From contig OZ024743.1 of assembly GCA_964016885.1 (NCBI GenBank), positions 289,106,001-289,170,000 of the forward strand: a stretch of DNA of 64,000 bases, written 5' to 3'. This DNA comes from Eledone cirrhosa. Lineage: Eukaryota. This document shows positions 12,902-26,525 of this stretch, piece by piece (position 1 is the first letter of the stretch; each line of letters opens with the position of its first letter). Below the pieces are notes generated by a model. The model searched no databases. It was not told the DNA's origin and saw nothing but the letters and a program-made list of their open reading frames with translations. The position numbers were made by a program, and so were the translations under genes.

Positions 12902-15900
12902 GTGCCTTTTCTCTTCACCACCAACATGGCTATGCTAAGAGTAGGCTGTTTAAATGCGCGTGGCCTGGGCTCAACTTGGAAGCAAGCAATGTTTCTAAAT
13001 GACCTCAGGTCACAACGTATAGATGTGATGGTTATTTGCGAGGCCCGGATCAGCAACGTGCGACAGCTGGCCCCCACCTTTGATGACTTTGAGATGCACG
13101 CATCTCTCTGTCAGCCCGGAGGTGGGGGTGGAGTTGTCGTTCTGCTGCAAAAACATCTGGGTCTCGCAACACAGATTGTACATATGGACCCGGAGGGTCG
13201 ACTAGTGGTTCTGGACCTTGGCAGTGGTAAAGGCGGAGCGTTTAGGTTGGTAGCCGCCTACGGCCCTTTCGGGTCAATGCGGCCGGACTTCTTCCATCGT
13301 CTGGAGACTTTTCTAGGGACGTCCCGCTCCTTGCTATTAGTGGGGGACTGGAATGGTATCCTAGATGCACGCTGGGACTACGTAGGGGCCTGCCCCGATA
13401 GAGCGGGGTGTAATAGCCTCAAAGGGTTAATCGGTCGATTTGACCTGGCCGATAGATATCGACTAGATTTTCCGACTGCGCCAACCTGGACTTGGGCAAA
13501 TCGTAGCGGATCATCTAGGTCGTACCTAGATAGGTTCTTAGTTAGAATTAAGGATAAGGACTTTTTAAGTTGTCCAAAAATGCGCATGGTTGGCTATTCA
13601 GACCACAAATTAGTGACCTGCATGGTCAACCTTGACAGAACTCATAGACAGGGCCCCGGTTACTGGAAGCTCAACTTGTCCTTGCCGGCAAGTAGAGCCT
13701 ACAGGAATCGGATTAGTACGTTAGTTAAGGAACGGTTGACTGGAGCGATCGTCAACAGCAGGTGGTGGGTATCTCTAAAGAGAGAGATTAGAGTAGTCTC
13801 GATAGAATTTAGTAAGGTTCTAGCTGCGGATAGGAATAGGAAGGAAAGGGAGCTAATAGATAGAGTAGAAGAGGCAATTAGAAGCGGCGACGTGGCCAGA
13901 GTGCTAGCGTCGAGAACGGCTTTGAGCCAGTTTTTCGACGCGAAGCACGAAGGCTGCGTTGTCCGAAGTAAAATACGTGCTCTAGGGAACGAGGGGACCA
14001 AAGCTGTTAGCTGGGCCCGCGTGACAGAGGCCAACAGTGGAACTAAATCCACCATCCGGTCTTTGCGAGACCTGGATGGACGGGCGATTCTTGAGCCTAA
14101 GCAGATGTGTGAGGCCTTTCAAAGGCACTTTGCCCGACTGTTCGCGAGGGGCGGGGAGCCGGTTGGGAACGTGGACTTCGGTCCATACCTCGACGGCCTG
14201 CCGCGCCTCTCGGACAGGGAGGCGAAGTCCTGCGAGGAACCGATTTCGGCCGCTGAGATAGAGGACGTGCTGAGCCAATGCGGCAAACGCAAATCCCCGT
14301 GTCTCGATGGTCTTCCTTACGAATTATATCTAGCTATGCCGGACTTGTTCCCCGATCTCCTCGAGGCGGTCTACTGCAACTGGCAACAGAACGGGAGAAT
14401 TCCCTGTACTGTGACCAAGGGCGTAGTCACGCTAGTGAGGAAGGACGAGAACAAGGGGGACGAAATAAGTAACTTCAGGCCCATAACTCTGCTAAATACA
14501 GAGTTACAGATTTTGGCCAAGGTGCTAGCAAAGAGGTTGGCGCTTGTCGTGGGCAACCTGGTGGGAGATGCGCAGACATGCGCTATCCCGTCCAGGTCCA
14601 TCCATGACAACCTCCACCTCATGCGATACATCATAGAGAGGGTTGGGAACGAACCCGGCTTTGGTGGGGCTCTGATCAACTTGGATCAATCTAAGGCGTT
14701 CGATAGGGTCGACCATGGTTACCTGGATGCGGTGCTAGCGGCGGCAGGCTTCGGACCCGTTTTCAGGGGCTGGATCACTGCTATGCACAGCAGCCGCATC
14801 TGCTCTAGGGTCAAGGTGAACGGCTACCTCTCGGAGCCGTTCAAAATCGCGCGGTCCATCCGACAAGGGTGCCCTCTCTCCTCCCTTCTGTATGTGTTGA
14901 CTCTCGAGCCACTACTGCGGAAGTTGGAGTTGTTGCAGGGCATCCCTTTGGAACCGGGATTGCGGAAAGCGGTGTCGGCCTACGCCGATGACGTGACAGT
15001 AATGGTGTCGACGGCCTCCGAAATCGAGGCGGTCGGCACCTTACTGGAGGAGTACGAAAAGTTCACAGGGGCTAAGCTGAACCGGGACAAGTCGATCGGT
15101 TTGCAACTCGGCACGTGGAGGGGCAGACCGATGCCCTCCGATGGGGTCGTCGGACGCTGGACGGAGGGCCCGGTGAAGTTGCTCGGGGTCTGGTTCGGAC
15201 CGGACCTCCAGGTGGAGAAAAACTGGGCGGAGGTTACGAACAGGGTGTTTGCACTGACCCAGAAGTGGGCCAGTTGCAAACTATCCCTGAAAGGTCGGGC
15301 GGAGGTGGCGAACACCTACATAGCGTCCGTCATCTACTACCGCCTGACCGTAGTGCCCTGCCCAAGGGAAACCCTCACCAAGATGGAGCGCGCACACTTC
15401 CAATTCCTTTGGAAGAGGCGGGCTCCTATGGTGAGGAGATCCATCTGCTGTCAACACCCTTCGAAAGGAGGGCTGGGGATGCCGTGGCTAATGATGCGTA
15501 AACACGCATTAAGGCTACGGCACCTCTACGTATTCCTCACCGGACAACCGGTGTGGGCCTCGTTTGTGAGACGAACCTTTCCCAGACTCGTCTCACTCAC
15601 CGAGCTGCAATCCTGGGTCAAGCAAAGACCGAGAAAACTGGGCGCCTGGCACACTGAGTGTGCCCAGGCGCTCACCGCCCTCTGGCAGGCGGATCCGGTT
15701 ATCAGTGGAGACTCCACCGCAACATTCTATAGAGGGCTGGTACGCAGCAGGTGCGACGACGCCCTCGGAGAAGCCCTAGACATGGAGGAGGACGAACTGG
15801 CCAGCCTGTTCGGTAGGACATTCAGCCCGGGACCTATGGACAACTTCCAGAAGTCCCTGGCCTGGCAGTGCTACCGAGGGGCTTTACCCGTTCGAGAAAG

Positions 15901-16363
15901 GCTCTACAGACACGGGCGCCCGGGTAGGGACCCCGCCAAAAAGATCTGTCCCAGATGCGTGTGCGACGAGGAAACCGTTGCACACGCATTGGTACACTGC
16001 TCGGGCGCAGCCGATCTGTGGGGCTATGTCGAACAACTGCTGTCAAGGGTGGGACCGATCCGGTTGACCACCGAGTCTATTGTAATGATCAAGCCGCCTC
16101 CCCCCTTCAAAGATGAAGCAGAGGCGGTGTTTCTGTGCGTAATAGCCATGGCGAAAGAGGTTGTATGGTGGACGCGTCTGAAAGGACTGAGGTCAGGCAC
16201 CTTTCTCTCTGGCCAACAACTGGTCCGTTTCTTCCGATATCATTTCGGAAGAAGGATCAGGATGGAGAGAGAGGTGCTGCACCCCAGCCGTTTCTATGAA
16301 AGATGGGTGAAAGTGGCGAGAATGGCCCGTGTGAATGGGCCTTCACTCTACATCAGACTATAG
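12902..16363 (+). CDS. LINE ORF2: APE endonuclease, reverse transcriptase and C-terminal zinc finger (first ATG about 12927)
   Basis: Motifs LNARGL, GDWN, YLDRF, SDH, GYWKLN, FRPITLLN, LDQSKAFDRV, QGCPLS, YADD, GGLG and CPRC..EETVAHALVHC. Open for 1153 aa. Confidence 0.95.
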   Translation: MPFLFTTNMAMLRVGCLNARGLGSTWKQAMFLNDLRSQRIDVMVICEARISNVRQLAPTFDDFEMHASLCQPGGGGGVVVLLQKHLGLATQIVHMDPEGRLVVLDLGSGKGGAFRLVAAYGPFGSMRPDFFHRLETFLGTSRSLLLVGDWNGILDARWDYVGACPDRAGCNSLKGLIGRFDLADRYRLDFPTAPTWTWANRSGSSRSYLDRFLVRIKDKDFLSCPKMRMVGYSDHKLVTCMVNLDRTHRQGPGYWKLNLSLPASRAYRNRISTLVKERLTGAIVNSRWWVSLKREIRVVSIEFSKVLAADRNRKERELIDRVEEAIRSGDVARVLASRTALSQFFDAKHEGCVVRSKIRALGNEGTKAVSWARVTEANSGTKSTIRSLRDLDGRAILEPKQMCEAFQRHFARLFARGGEPVGNVDFGPYLDGLPRLSDREAKSCEEPISAAEIEDVLSQCGKRKSPCLDGLPYELYLAMPDLFPDLLEAVYCNWQQNGRIPCTVTKGVVTLVRKDENKGDEISNFRPITLLNTELQILAKVLAKRLALVVGNLVGDAQTCAIPSRSIHDNLHLMRYIIERVGNEPGFGGALINLDQSKAFDRVDHGYLDAVLAAAGFGPVFRGWITAMHSSRICSRVKVNGYLSEPFKIARSIRQGCPLSSLLYVLTLEPLLRKLELLQGIPLEPGLRKAVSAYADDVTVMVSTASEIEAVGTLLEEYEKFTGAKLNRDKSIGLQLGTWRGRPMPSDGVVGRWTEGPVKLLGVWFGPDLQVEKNWAEVTNRVFALTQKWASCKLSLKGRAEVANTYIASVIYYRLTVVPCPRETLTKMERAHFQFLWKRRAPMVRRSICCQHPSKGGLGMPWLMMRKHALRLRHLYVFLTGQPVWASFVRRTFPRLVSLTELQSWVKQRPRKLGAWHTECAQALTALWQADPVISGDSTATFYRGLVRSRCDDALGEALDMEEDELASLFGRTFSPGPMDNFQKSLAWQCYRGALPVRERLYRHGRPGRDPAKKICPRCVCDEETVAHALVHCSGAADLWGYVEQLLSRVGPIRLTTESIVMIKPPPPFKDEAEAVFLCVIAMAKEVVWWTRLKGLRSGTFLSGQQLVRFFRYHFGRRIRMEREVLHPSRFYERWVKVARMARVNGPSLYIRL

Positions 16364-16707
16364 GTGAGGAAGATGAAAGACCAAGGGAGCACCCCTTCTC
16401 TGTGCTCCTGAGGAGAAGGGTTGCACACTTTTTTCGGGGGTGTGTGCGACCCCCCAAGGCGCCTCCTCTCTATTGAGGATTTTGTTAAAAATTTTATTTT
16501 TTGTGATATCTTATTTTATTTTTATATTTTGTTATTGCCTCCTCCTTATTGAGGACGCCTTTTTGTGTAAACTCCCCCCTTTGTACTTGTCCCACTTTTG
16601 ATGCCCTAGTGGCAAATAAAAGAAATCTATCTATCTATCTATCTATCTATCAATCTACCTACCTTCTCTCTATCTCTCTCGCTATCTCACTATATATATA
16701 TATATAA

Positions 16708-16760
<53 letters not shown>

Positions 16761-16765
<5 letters not shown>

Positions 16766-16960
16766 AGATTGAGGACCCCGACTGTTGAGATCCTACCGTT
16801 TCGAAAGGTAGATTCGAACTAGTTCAGTTCTAGTTGTTGGAACGGCCAGAGCTCAGCCGTTGGGGTCCTGAATCTGTTCATATTACCCACTCTACAACCT
16901 CAAGTATTGAGTACTCTGGTGGGTTATGGTCCATCTGGTATCTTACCACTCCCTCTCTGA
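16761..16960. other. Short structured repeat-like element between (TA)n tracts
   Basis: tgaaaagattgaggaccccgac pairs with gttggggtcctgaatctgttca and encloses three hairpins. Confidence 0.5.
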
Positions 16961-16976
16961 TATATATATATATATA

Positions 16977-17596
16977 TAAATTAGCGAGAATCGTATTTCA
17001 GCACAGGAATTAACGAAAATCAACATCCGATATGTGTGGCAAGCGCTCAATGATTCATGCGAATAAGAGTTACAACATACGTTAAGGGCCAAACACACTG
17101 AGATGATGGTTAAACAATCATCCGCACAGCCAAAACAAACGACCAAGTAATTCGAGTCAAACAATAAAAATATATGTGTTGATACTTTCCCGGACCCTGG
17201 ACTGATGGTAAAATCCAGTATTTGGTTTCTGCGACTCCCAAATCAGGTACTGTCCGCCTCCATAAAGAATGTTTGGCTTCAGGTAAGATGATGAACAAGG
17301 AAGTCGTGTTATCAACGGGTTTTGTTCTAGGATGCTATAGATAAGAGTGTCTATTACTGACCCCACGTGGAGTTCAGCAAGGGAGGCAACACCTCTATTT
17401 TGCGAATGATTCAGTTGTGTATACAACATACGTTAAGGGCCAAACACACTGAGATGATGGTTAAACATATCATCCGCACAGCCAAAACAAACGACCAAGT
17501 AATTCGGGTCAAACAATAAAAATATATGTGTTGATACTTTCCCGGACCCTGGACTGATGGTAAAATCCAGTATTTGGTTTCTGCGACTCCAAAATC

Positions 17597-17601
<5 letters not shown>
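16977..17601 (+). repeat. Family D repeat, partial tandem with period about 341 bp
   Basis: 17081-17250 is repeated at 17422-17601. Core and terminus are shared with 22330-22860 (minus). Core is also shared with 36770-37200. Confidence 0.8.
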
Positions 17602-17656
<55 letters not shown>

Positions 17657-17662
<6 letters not shown>

Positions 17663-17873
17663 AATATAGATGAAATCGAAAATGCAACTGGAGTCTTTTT
17701 TTTTAAATATATTTATTTGGTTCCTTTACCGGTTTCGCAGTTCTTGTGCTTTTCAAAAGTAGAATTCTACTTTTGAAAAGCACAAGAACTGCGAAACCGG
17801 TAAAGGAACCAAATAAATATATTTAAAAAAAAAAGACTCCAGTTGCATTTTCAATTTCATCTTTTTTCCTTAT
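17657..17873. repeat. Near-perfect spacerless palindrome (arms about 108 bp) with degenerate HHR
   Basis: Centred on gaattc at 17762-17767. The arm contains ttgaaaa-gca(caagaac)tgc-GAAA-CCGG-TA. Confidence 0.9.
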
Positions 17874-17932
17874 ACTTTCACTCGTGTAGGACGCCTTTTT
17901 TTTTTCATTTTGTAAAAAAACCTCACTTTCTA

Positions 17933-18012
<80 letters not shown>

Positions 18013-18114
18013 TCAGGACCACAAGCCTTATGCATCACAGGCTATGTGTATATGATTATATCGATGCACACACACACACAACAACAACAACACACACATA
18101 ACACATATATATAT

Positions 18115-19052
<938 letters not shown>

Positions 19053-19269
19053 AATGTGTGTGTGTGTGTATTTATCTATCTATATGCATATGTGTGTGTA
19101 TTGGTATGTATGACTATATACAGTCACACCCTAATATCCATCAATAATACGTTCCAAAGGCCGTGATGCAACACGGTGTTTGACGTAAATCGGACGCAAT
19201 GACTAAAAAATTCTTTAAAACGAGAACAAATACCGTAAATAATTCGCGAAAGTATGCACGGCCCTTTAT

Positions 19270-19420
19270 GGCAGCAAAGAGTTACGGTCCTTTATTGTCT
19301 GAGTTCAAATCCCGCCGATGTTAACTTTGCCTTTCATCCTTACGGGGTCGATAACATAAAAGTACCAGTAATACACTGGGATAATTGCTGGCCTTGTGCC
19401 AAAAGTAGAAACAATTAATT
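19270..19420 (+). mobile_element. tRNA-derived SINE, 5'-truncated
   Basis: Family core and 3' end present. Confidence 0.85.
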
Positions 19421-19539
19421 AAAGCTGTTTGCCTGTCACAGTGAAACTGCGAATATCCTCCTCCTACAACTCCATTTCCAGGTCCATGCTGAGTGAAACC
19501 AAATCTTTAGACATAGATTTGACTCGCATATCAAACCTC

Positions 19540-20040
19540 TTAAAATTATTTACAAACTAGGCGCAGAAAGGCTTCCACATCCTAATCATGGCCGACTACG
19601 TAACCCACAACCATACAGCACTGACGTTATGTACGGAGTGGCAAATATTGTATTTGTTCCAAAACTGTTGGATATTGATACCTTCCTTCTTCGAAGCTGT
19701 ATTGACAGTCTGAGAAAGTGTTCAACGGAGGTAGTACTGCTAAAAACGTATTATTACACCCTGGTCCAGAGATTGAATGAGCGATGTCGTGTGACAAATA
19801 TACTATCCTCATATTAGGTTCGAAATCATTCAGTTAGTGAGGGACGCCGGCGCATTGGCCAAACCCAACAGTACTTTAAATGGGATGTTCTTAATACAAC
19901 AGCTCTTGACATCCGAGATGGAATGATTGGTGAGCCACTCTTCGAAAATTACGATGGTTACTCATGGACTGGTGTTGTCTATCCCGATGAGAAGAAAAGA
20001 CGCCTTCGAAATGTTAAGTACCCTGGGATTTACCGCATTT
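19540..20040 (+). pseudogene. Degenerate RTE-like LINE ORF C-terminal relic
   Basis: SEGRRRIGQ.QQYFK.DVL...LDI resembles the RTE C-terminal G.R..G....YKD.LK motif. Confidence 0.4.
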
Positions 20041-20079
20041 TACACTCAGATCGGTTTGAGCTAAAAGACGCTGATTCAA

Positions 20080-20260
20080 TTAAACCCAAACATGCGCGTT
20101 AGATGATCATTGGCGATTTTGCAGCCTGACATGGTCTTGTTCTTGATAAAGCATCTGACCTGTATTCTCTTCCAAATAGCTCCCTTTCATCAACGTCGAA
20201 AATCTTTTCTGGGCGGAATCGCTCATACTCAATGATATTCTACATTAATGGCAGAAAACA
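20080..20260 (-). mobile_element. pogo/Tigger-like transposase relic
   Basis: Minus strand PEKIFDVDERELF resembles IFNVDETGLFWK. A Tigger-like terminus (ta-cagtcacaccct...gttcca) is at about 19120. Confidence 0.45.
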
Positions 20261-20469
20261 TCGAAGAAGGCTCTTTTCCAGGATTGTATGAAAGGATATG
20301 TATCCTATCATGAATGACATTCGATACCATCGACCGTGGCTACTCTAAATCCCACATTATCACCGACACCTTTTCCCATTTAATTATATCTTCTATTGTA
20401 ATTACATTGCGCTTGCAGTCACTAGCTCTAACCGTCTTCTTCTCCTTGCACATGAGATAATTGCAATTA

Positions 20470-21360
20470 TAGGATTCCACACAAGCGTTGTAACCATCGT
20501 ACGGTAGTGGGATTAGGGTGTGAGAGGTCCATATACTTAGGTGAGTGGAGATCCAGGCACTCACGTAGTATATGTGCAGAAACCTGCTCCGGCGAGACAC
20601 ACTGGCAAACTGTTGATGGCCCCAGCCCTCTGTGGCACATGGCGTTATTGACTCGGCCGACATCTGTGCATAGCCGATTCAGAGACAACCACTCCTTCCG
20701 CGAGAAGATAGAGCCTGGTGAGAATATTAAATAGCGGTTGACATTCAGTTGCGTGGGTCGAGATATCTCTTGCCCTATAACTCTCCACGTCTGAAACATA
20801 TTGAAATCTGAGAGTAGGAGATTTTCTGCGTGATGAAAGAATGGGCCGCGTGACATCAAGTGATGTTGGTCCAGTAACTGAGAATCCTCAGCCATGTCAT
20901 GAGCGGTTTTCTTGGACCTATTGAGGCCTGGGTTACCAACTCATGTATGTGATTCTCTCTACGAAGGGATACAATAGCAATGCCTGACAGCACAGTTAGA
21001 TACTCAGTTGGTGTAGAACGGAGATATTCGGTAATGAGCCTAAAGTTGTCGTTCAAAGCTGTATCTAGCTTCTTGGCGTGTGAGCTCTTACACCATATAG
21101 GAGAGACCTACCTGCAGCAATCTAGATCAAACCTAAGACACTGGTAGAATGGATGTGCTATGATGAGCCTGACAATCGGGAAAGAGGGCTGTTTCTCGCG
21201 GACAACTTTCCATGTAAGGATTCGAGGTGGTTTTTGTAGGTCAGCTGTTTGGCCAATTTTACTGTGAGATAGGTCGGAGTGCCGTTAAAAATGGAGTGTT
21301 TTGTCATCAAGCTTAATGGTGATTTAACGATTAGCACCCTTTGTATTGAGTTCGTCCATC
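20470..21360 (-). mobile_element. Vingi/Ingi-clade LINE 3' fragment
   Basis: PTYLTVKLAKQLTYKNHLE; LNDNFRLIT.YLRSTPTEYL.VLSGI..SLRR; RKEWLSLNRL.T.VGR..MCHRGL.PS..CQC...HILREC. Confidence 0.75.
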
Positions 21361-22057
21361 ACATTGTGTTGGGCTCCCGAAACTAATCACTAATCTTTGA
21401 CCACGATTAGACGAACGACAACAGCCCCTGACAAATCAAGAATATACTCTAAACGTCTTAGAACTCATGGCTAAAACAGACAAATTAAAGAAATATTCAC
21501 AAAAATTACAACGAAAGTCAAAACAAGTACACGATGGTAGCTCAAGTAAACATGCATTTGGTGTCACCTTTGTTTGGATGAGAAACCGCATCAACGCCGC
21601 CACGCAGCAAGATGGCGTAACTGTGTAATTGTGTATATTTGTTTACAATTTTTCGATAAAATAATATATTGTACTGTATATACATACATTGTATGTTTTT
21701 ACAGTAATTAAATTTTTACAGTATTTCAATTTTTTCAGCCTCTTTTATCTTTTAATTTTTATTTAGTTCATTTATTTTAAGATTATTGCACTAGAGTATT
21801 CTGAAAATATCACTGACCGAAGTCCCTTGATCGGTGCTGATCTCCAGGCAGGAAATAATATTTTACATGACGCAGTATATGTGGTAAATATAATAAGCTT
21901 AGCTAATACAATGAACTTGATAGTATTGATACATTCAAAAATTATTTTTCAGGAATGTTAAGATAGGGAAATAAATATCAATTATATTCATACTACAAAC
22001 TACACATATTCACACATACAACCACGTATATATATGCATACACACATACACACACTT

Positions 22058-22122
<65 letters not shown>

Positions 22123-22329
22123 TGTGTGTGTGTGTGTGTGTGTGTGTTGTGTTTATATATAAATAAATATATATATATGTATTTATATATAATGTAGAAG
22201 GTGAGTAATATTGTAGAACAATAAAACTAGCATATATCGGATAAGTAGCACTCAACAGTAGATATAAATAAATATGTATATATATATTTATATATATATA
22301 TATATTATTAACTGCTTAATTGCATAAGT

Positions 22330-22860
22330 TTATTTTAAAAACTACCCGGTTGAGAGCTTAATTCGATTTGTGTTGTGTTTGCAATGTTTGCATTGATTTT
22401 CACATACTGAATTCATTTGCCAAAATCTGGGGTTTTCACCCCTGTGAGTTACACATGTGCTTTCACTACTACAACACACTGTATGATCCACAACACTGGC
22501 GCAGAACAATATACCTGCTGACAACCTGACAGCCTTGTTCGATCATTATGCCAAAAGCTTATTATTTTAAGCAGACAGTATTATTGATTTAGGTGTCGCA
22601 GAAACCCTGTACTGGAGTATACCATCATTCCGAAGGTCCGAGTGAATATTTCATTTATTTTGTTTGACCCGTTTAGCTTGCCTCGTTTTTTGGGGCTTAG
22701 GTGGTTGATAGCTTCTTAACCGCCGTCTCAGTTTGCATGGCCTTTATAACCTATGTTTATTGCACTGGTCCCTTTTGGTCCATGGAGTGCTTGCCAGCAT
22801 GACTCGGGAATTGCGTTTCGCTTATTTCTACCCGCCGAAATACGATTCTCGCTGAATTTA
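22330..22860 (-). repeat. Family D repeat
   Basis: Shares the core atgatggta.a.tccagta...tttctgcgac with the other copies, and the terminus gcgagaatcgtatttc with 16977. Confidence 0.7.
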
Positions 22861-22899
<39 letters not shown>

Positions 22900-22902
<3 letters not shown>

Positions 22903-23375
22903 AACCTTAATTTAATACTATTCTTAATTCCTTTTTCTTCATGCATAAACCTCATTAACTTTTAATTTCAAAATCTTTTAAATTATCTATTATCTTCCAA
23001 CGGCTTTTTAATTTCTCTCTGTGAGACAATATATTTTTTTTTCTCATTTGTAAAGGCTATCTCTCTCTCTATGACCCATCTCTCCTCCTCTCTCATCCTT
23101 CCTTCTTATACTCCTCCCCCACCATCCTTTACTCTCATCTCTTCTCTTCCTTACCTTTTCCACCCCTTCACTTTTTCCCAATCTCATACATCAATCTTAA
23201 TTTATTTTCATATGTTGATTTAAAACTTCACTATTCACAAGTGTTTTTTAAGCTTCATATCATGTCTCCCTATTTTATCTGATGAGAACGCAGATATCAT
23301 CCCATGATGATATTTGTTTTTGAAATGCTCATAACAAAATACTTGGAACTCGTTTAACCATCTTTTGATCTTATA
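22900..23375 (+). repeat. Family C repeat with HHR at 23271-23342
   Basis: Homologous to 61210-61628. CTGATGA...GAAA-TGCTCA-TA. Confidence 0.8.
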
Positions 23376-23409
23376 TTATGTATACATATATATATATATC
23401 TTTATATAT

Positions 23410-23782
<373 letters not shown>

Positions 23783-23963
23783 GATAATAAGTTATCGTTA
23801 TAGGTAATCTAGTTAGATTATGTTAGTACTCTGCGTCGTGTGACGCAACTTCAAGTGATTAGCGACCTCTAGACTCACCTGTTCAATGAAACAATTGTCA
23901 GTACTTGAAATAAAGCCCCTTATTGTACAGCCAACCATGTTACTCTTCATTCTTGTACTATAT

Positions 23964-24061
<98 letters not shown>

Positions 24062-24126
24062 ACATGTGTGTGTGTGTGTGTATATATATACACACACACA
24101 CACACGTGTGTGTGTGTGTGTGTGTG

Positions 24127-24345
24127 TGTAAAAGTTAAACAGAAATAACAACACAATCGCTACAGTATATGGAAGTAATATATTAGGTTAAGCTTGAAAT
24201 AGCAGGAAGAGGGTCCTAACATTTGGGACGCTATTCCTTCATTAGAAGAAAGAATGAGAAATAGGATAGATTGAAGGGACGGGCGGGTTGGAATTGGAAA
24301 AATATGTCTTTAGATAAACATAACAGGTGCATTTATGTTGACGTA
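24127..24345 (-). repeat. Family G repeat, decayed HHR
   Basis: Homologous to 6262-6480. Confidence 0.75.
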
Positions 24346-24815
24346 TATAATATATACGCAATAACTGCACATAAACGCATAATGAGATATTTAAATGAGC
24401 TGCATGAATATATATAAAGTTGTAAAGCGAATTGGGTAAAAATTGATCAGTTGCGTATATATTTCAAATTGTGGCCTTATTAGTCACCAATGAATTCATA
24501 AGGCAAATCAAAAATTTCAGAACATTAATGTCAGAAAAATAGATTGAGTAACACAGCATTCATGCAGTAATGTCTGCAAATCTTTGTGTGGATGCAAAAG
24601 ACACAATGCAATACATCAAATACACTTCTGCATACACTTCTGCACATAAACAGCTTTATTTGTGAGGGCTTCCAAAACACACATAGGAGTATGTTATGCT
24701 TAAATGACACTGTCGAAAATACGATTCATTTAAGGTGGTGATTGTATTCCTTGGACACGAGAGGGAGTCATCAACAGCATATATATCGCAAGAGAGAGAG
24801 AGAGAGAGGGGGGGG

Positions 24816-24868
<53 letters not shown>

Positions 24869-25270
24869 TATTAATTTTACATAATGAAAGGCACCATTAA
24901 CATATTGAACGAATTTGAGACAGGACAACATTTCTGTCTAATCATTTTCGAAATGCATTAGTCAACTGGTTTATATACTAGAATAATCTTTCTTCAATGA
25001 GACAGTGTATGACAGGATATGGAAACAAAAGGTGTTGCAGTGAATTTCTTACCCCACAGAAACGTCTGTGCTCATATATGTACGTGTATGTGTCTTCATG
25101 TATAAGTCTCACACACATATTCACACTTATAAACACACACACACTCACACACAGAAGGTCTCATACCAACAGACGCAAATTCAGACACACATACAGACAC
25201 ACTCTGACATATCGTCTTCCATGTGTGTTTGTGCACGTCTCTATGTATATATCTCTATGTATATATGTAT

Positions 25271-25374
<104 letters not shown>

Positions 25375-25384
25375 TTATATATAT

Positions 25385-25440
<56 letters not shown>

Positions 25441-25450
25441 TTATATATAT

Positions 25451-25532
<82 letters not shown>

Positions 25533-25822
25533 GGCTGCATTATGTGTATCTCTTTATACATACCAGTAAAGCATGTATGATTACTCAACATTCCACCATG
25601 TTTTAGAAAATTTGCTCACCACTTCTATCTATATACTATCGCCGAAAATTGAAATACCTTCTTTTCCAAAAAAATGTATTTCTTCCTTTCCATCCTTCTT
25701 ACTTTCTGTACTTATCTCCCTCTCTATCTCTATCTATCCCCCTTTCTCACTATCTCTCTCCTCTCTCTCACCACTTCTCTCTCTTTATATATATATGTAT
25801 ATATGTATATATATAGAGAGAG

Positions 25823-25855
<33 letters not shown>

Positions 25856-26525
25856 TGTATGTATGTATGTATGTATGTATGTATGTATGTATGTATGTAT
25901 GTATTTATGTATGTATGTATGTGTGTATGTATGTGTGTATGTATGTACGTATGTATCATTTATTCATTCATTCACTTTTTCATATATTTTCCAGTATCGC
26001 TTCTTTGATGAAATTGCTTATCAGCAAAAGCCAATGAAAGAGAGTATGATATATAACAGAACCGTTTATCTATTAAAGCTAAACCTCGCATGAAAACTTA
26101 TTCATTTCTGTATTCCGTCTACAACACATGTCAGTTAATGAAACCTATTATGTTTTAATGAATAGTGTAATAAACTTAACATTTTTACCTCAAAAACTAA
26201 TCATCATTCTCTTGTCAATGGATGTCACTATTTGTCTTTTTACAACTTCACCACATCTGACTTTATCAGAAACGATGCGCCTCCACCACCATTAGATGCA
26301 CGGTATCTGATATAATTAAAAAAACATACTACTACGTCACCAAGGGCTATTGTATTCTTCACCATCTCTGCTTTGCTCGTCTCTCAAAAACCTACTACAA
26401 ATGTAATAAATTGAAAGAAACAGCTTATAAATAATTATATGCAAAAGATTATCAATGAATAAAAGGGCTACTGAGGTATATATATAGTCTAGTTTTAATT
26501 TTTTTAAATTATTAGAGGCTTTTCA

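Larger units (their letters stand above)
10895..16625 (+). mobile_element. Full-length Tx1-clade (L1 group) non-LTR retrotransposon
   Basis: 5' UTR, zinc-knuckle ORF1, APE-RT-zinc finger ORF2, and a T-rich 3' UTR ending AATAAAAGAAA. (TATC)n on both sides. Confidence 0.9.

Noticed and set aside
13378-16046. Antisense and alternate-frame ORFs inside Tx1 ORF2 (and likewise opposite the PLE)
   Set aside because: Expected shadows of GC-rich or skewed coding sequence, with no motifs.
26235-26395. Possible small exons (minus strand, YRASNGGGGASFL...)
   Set aside because: The implied intron is too short and no homology was recognised.
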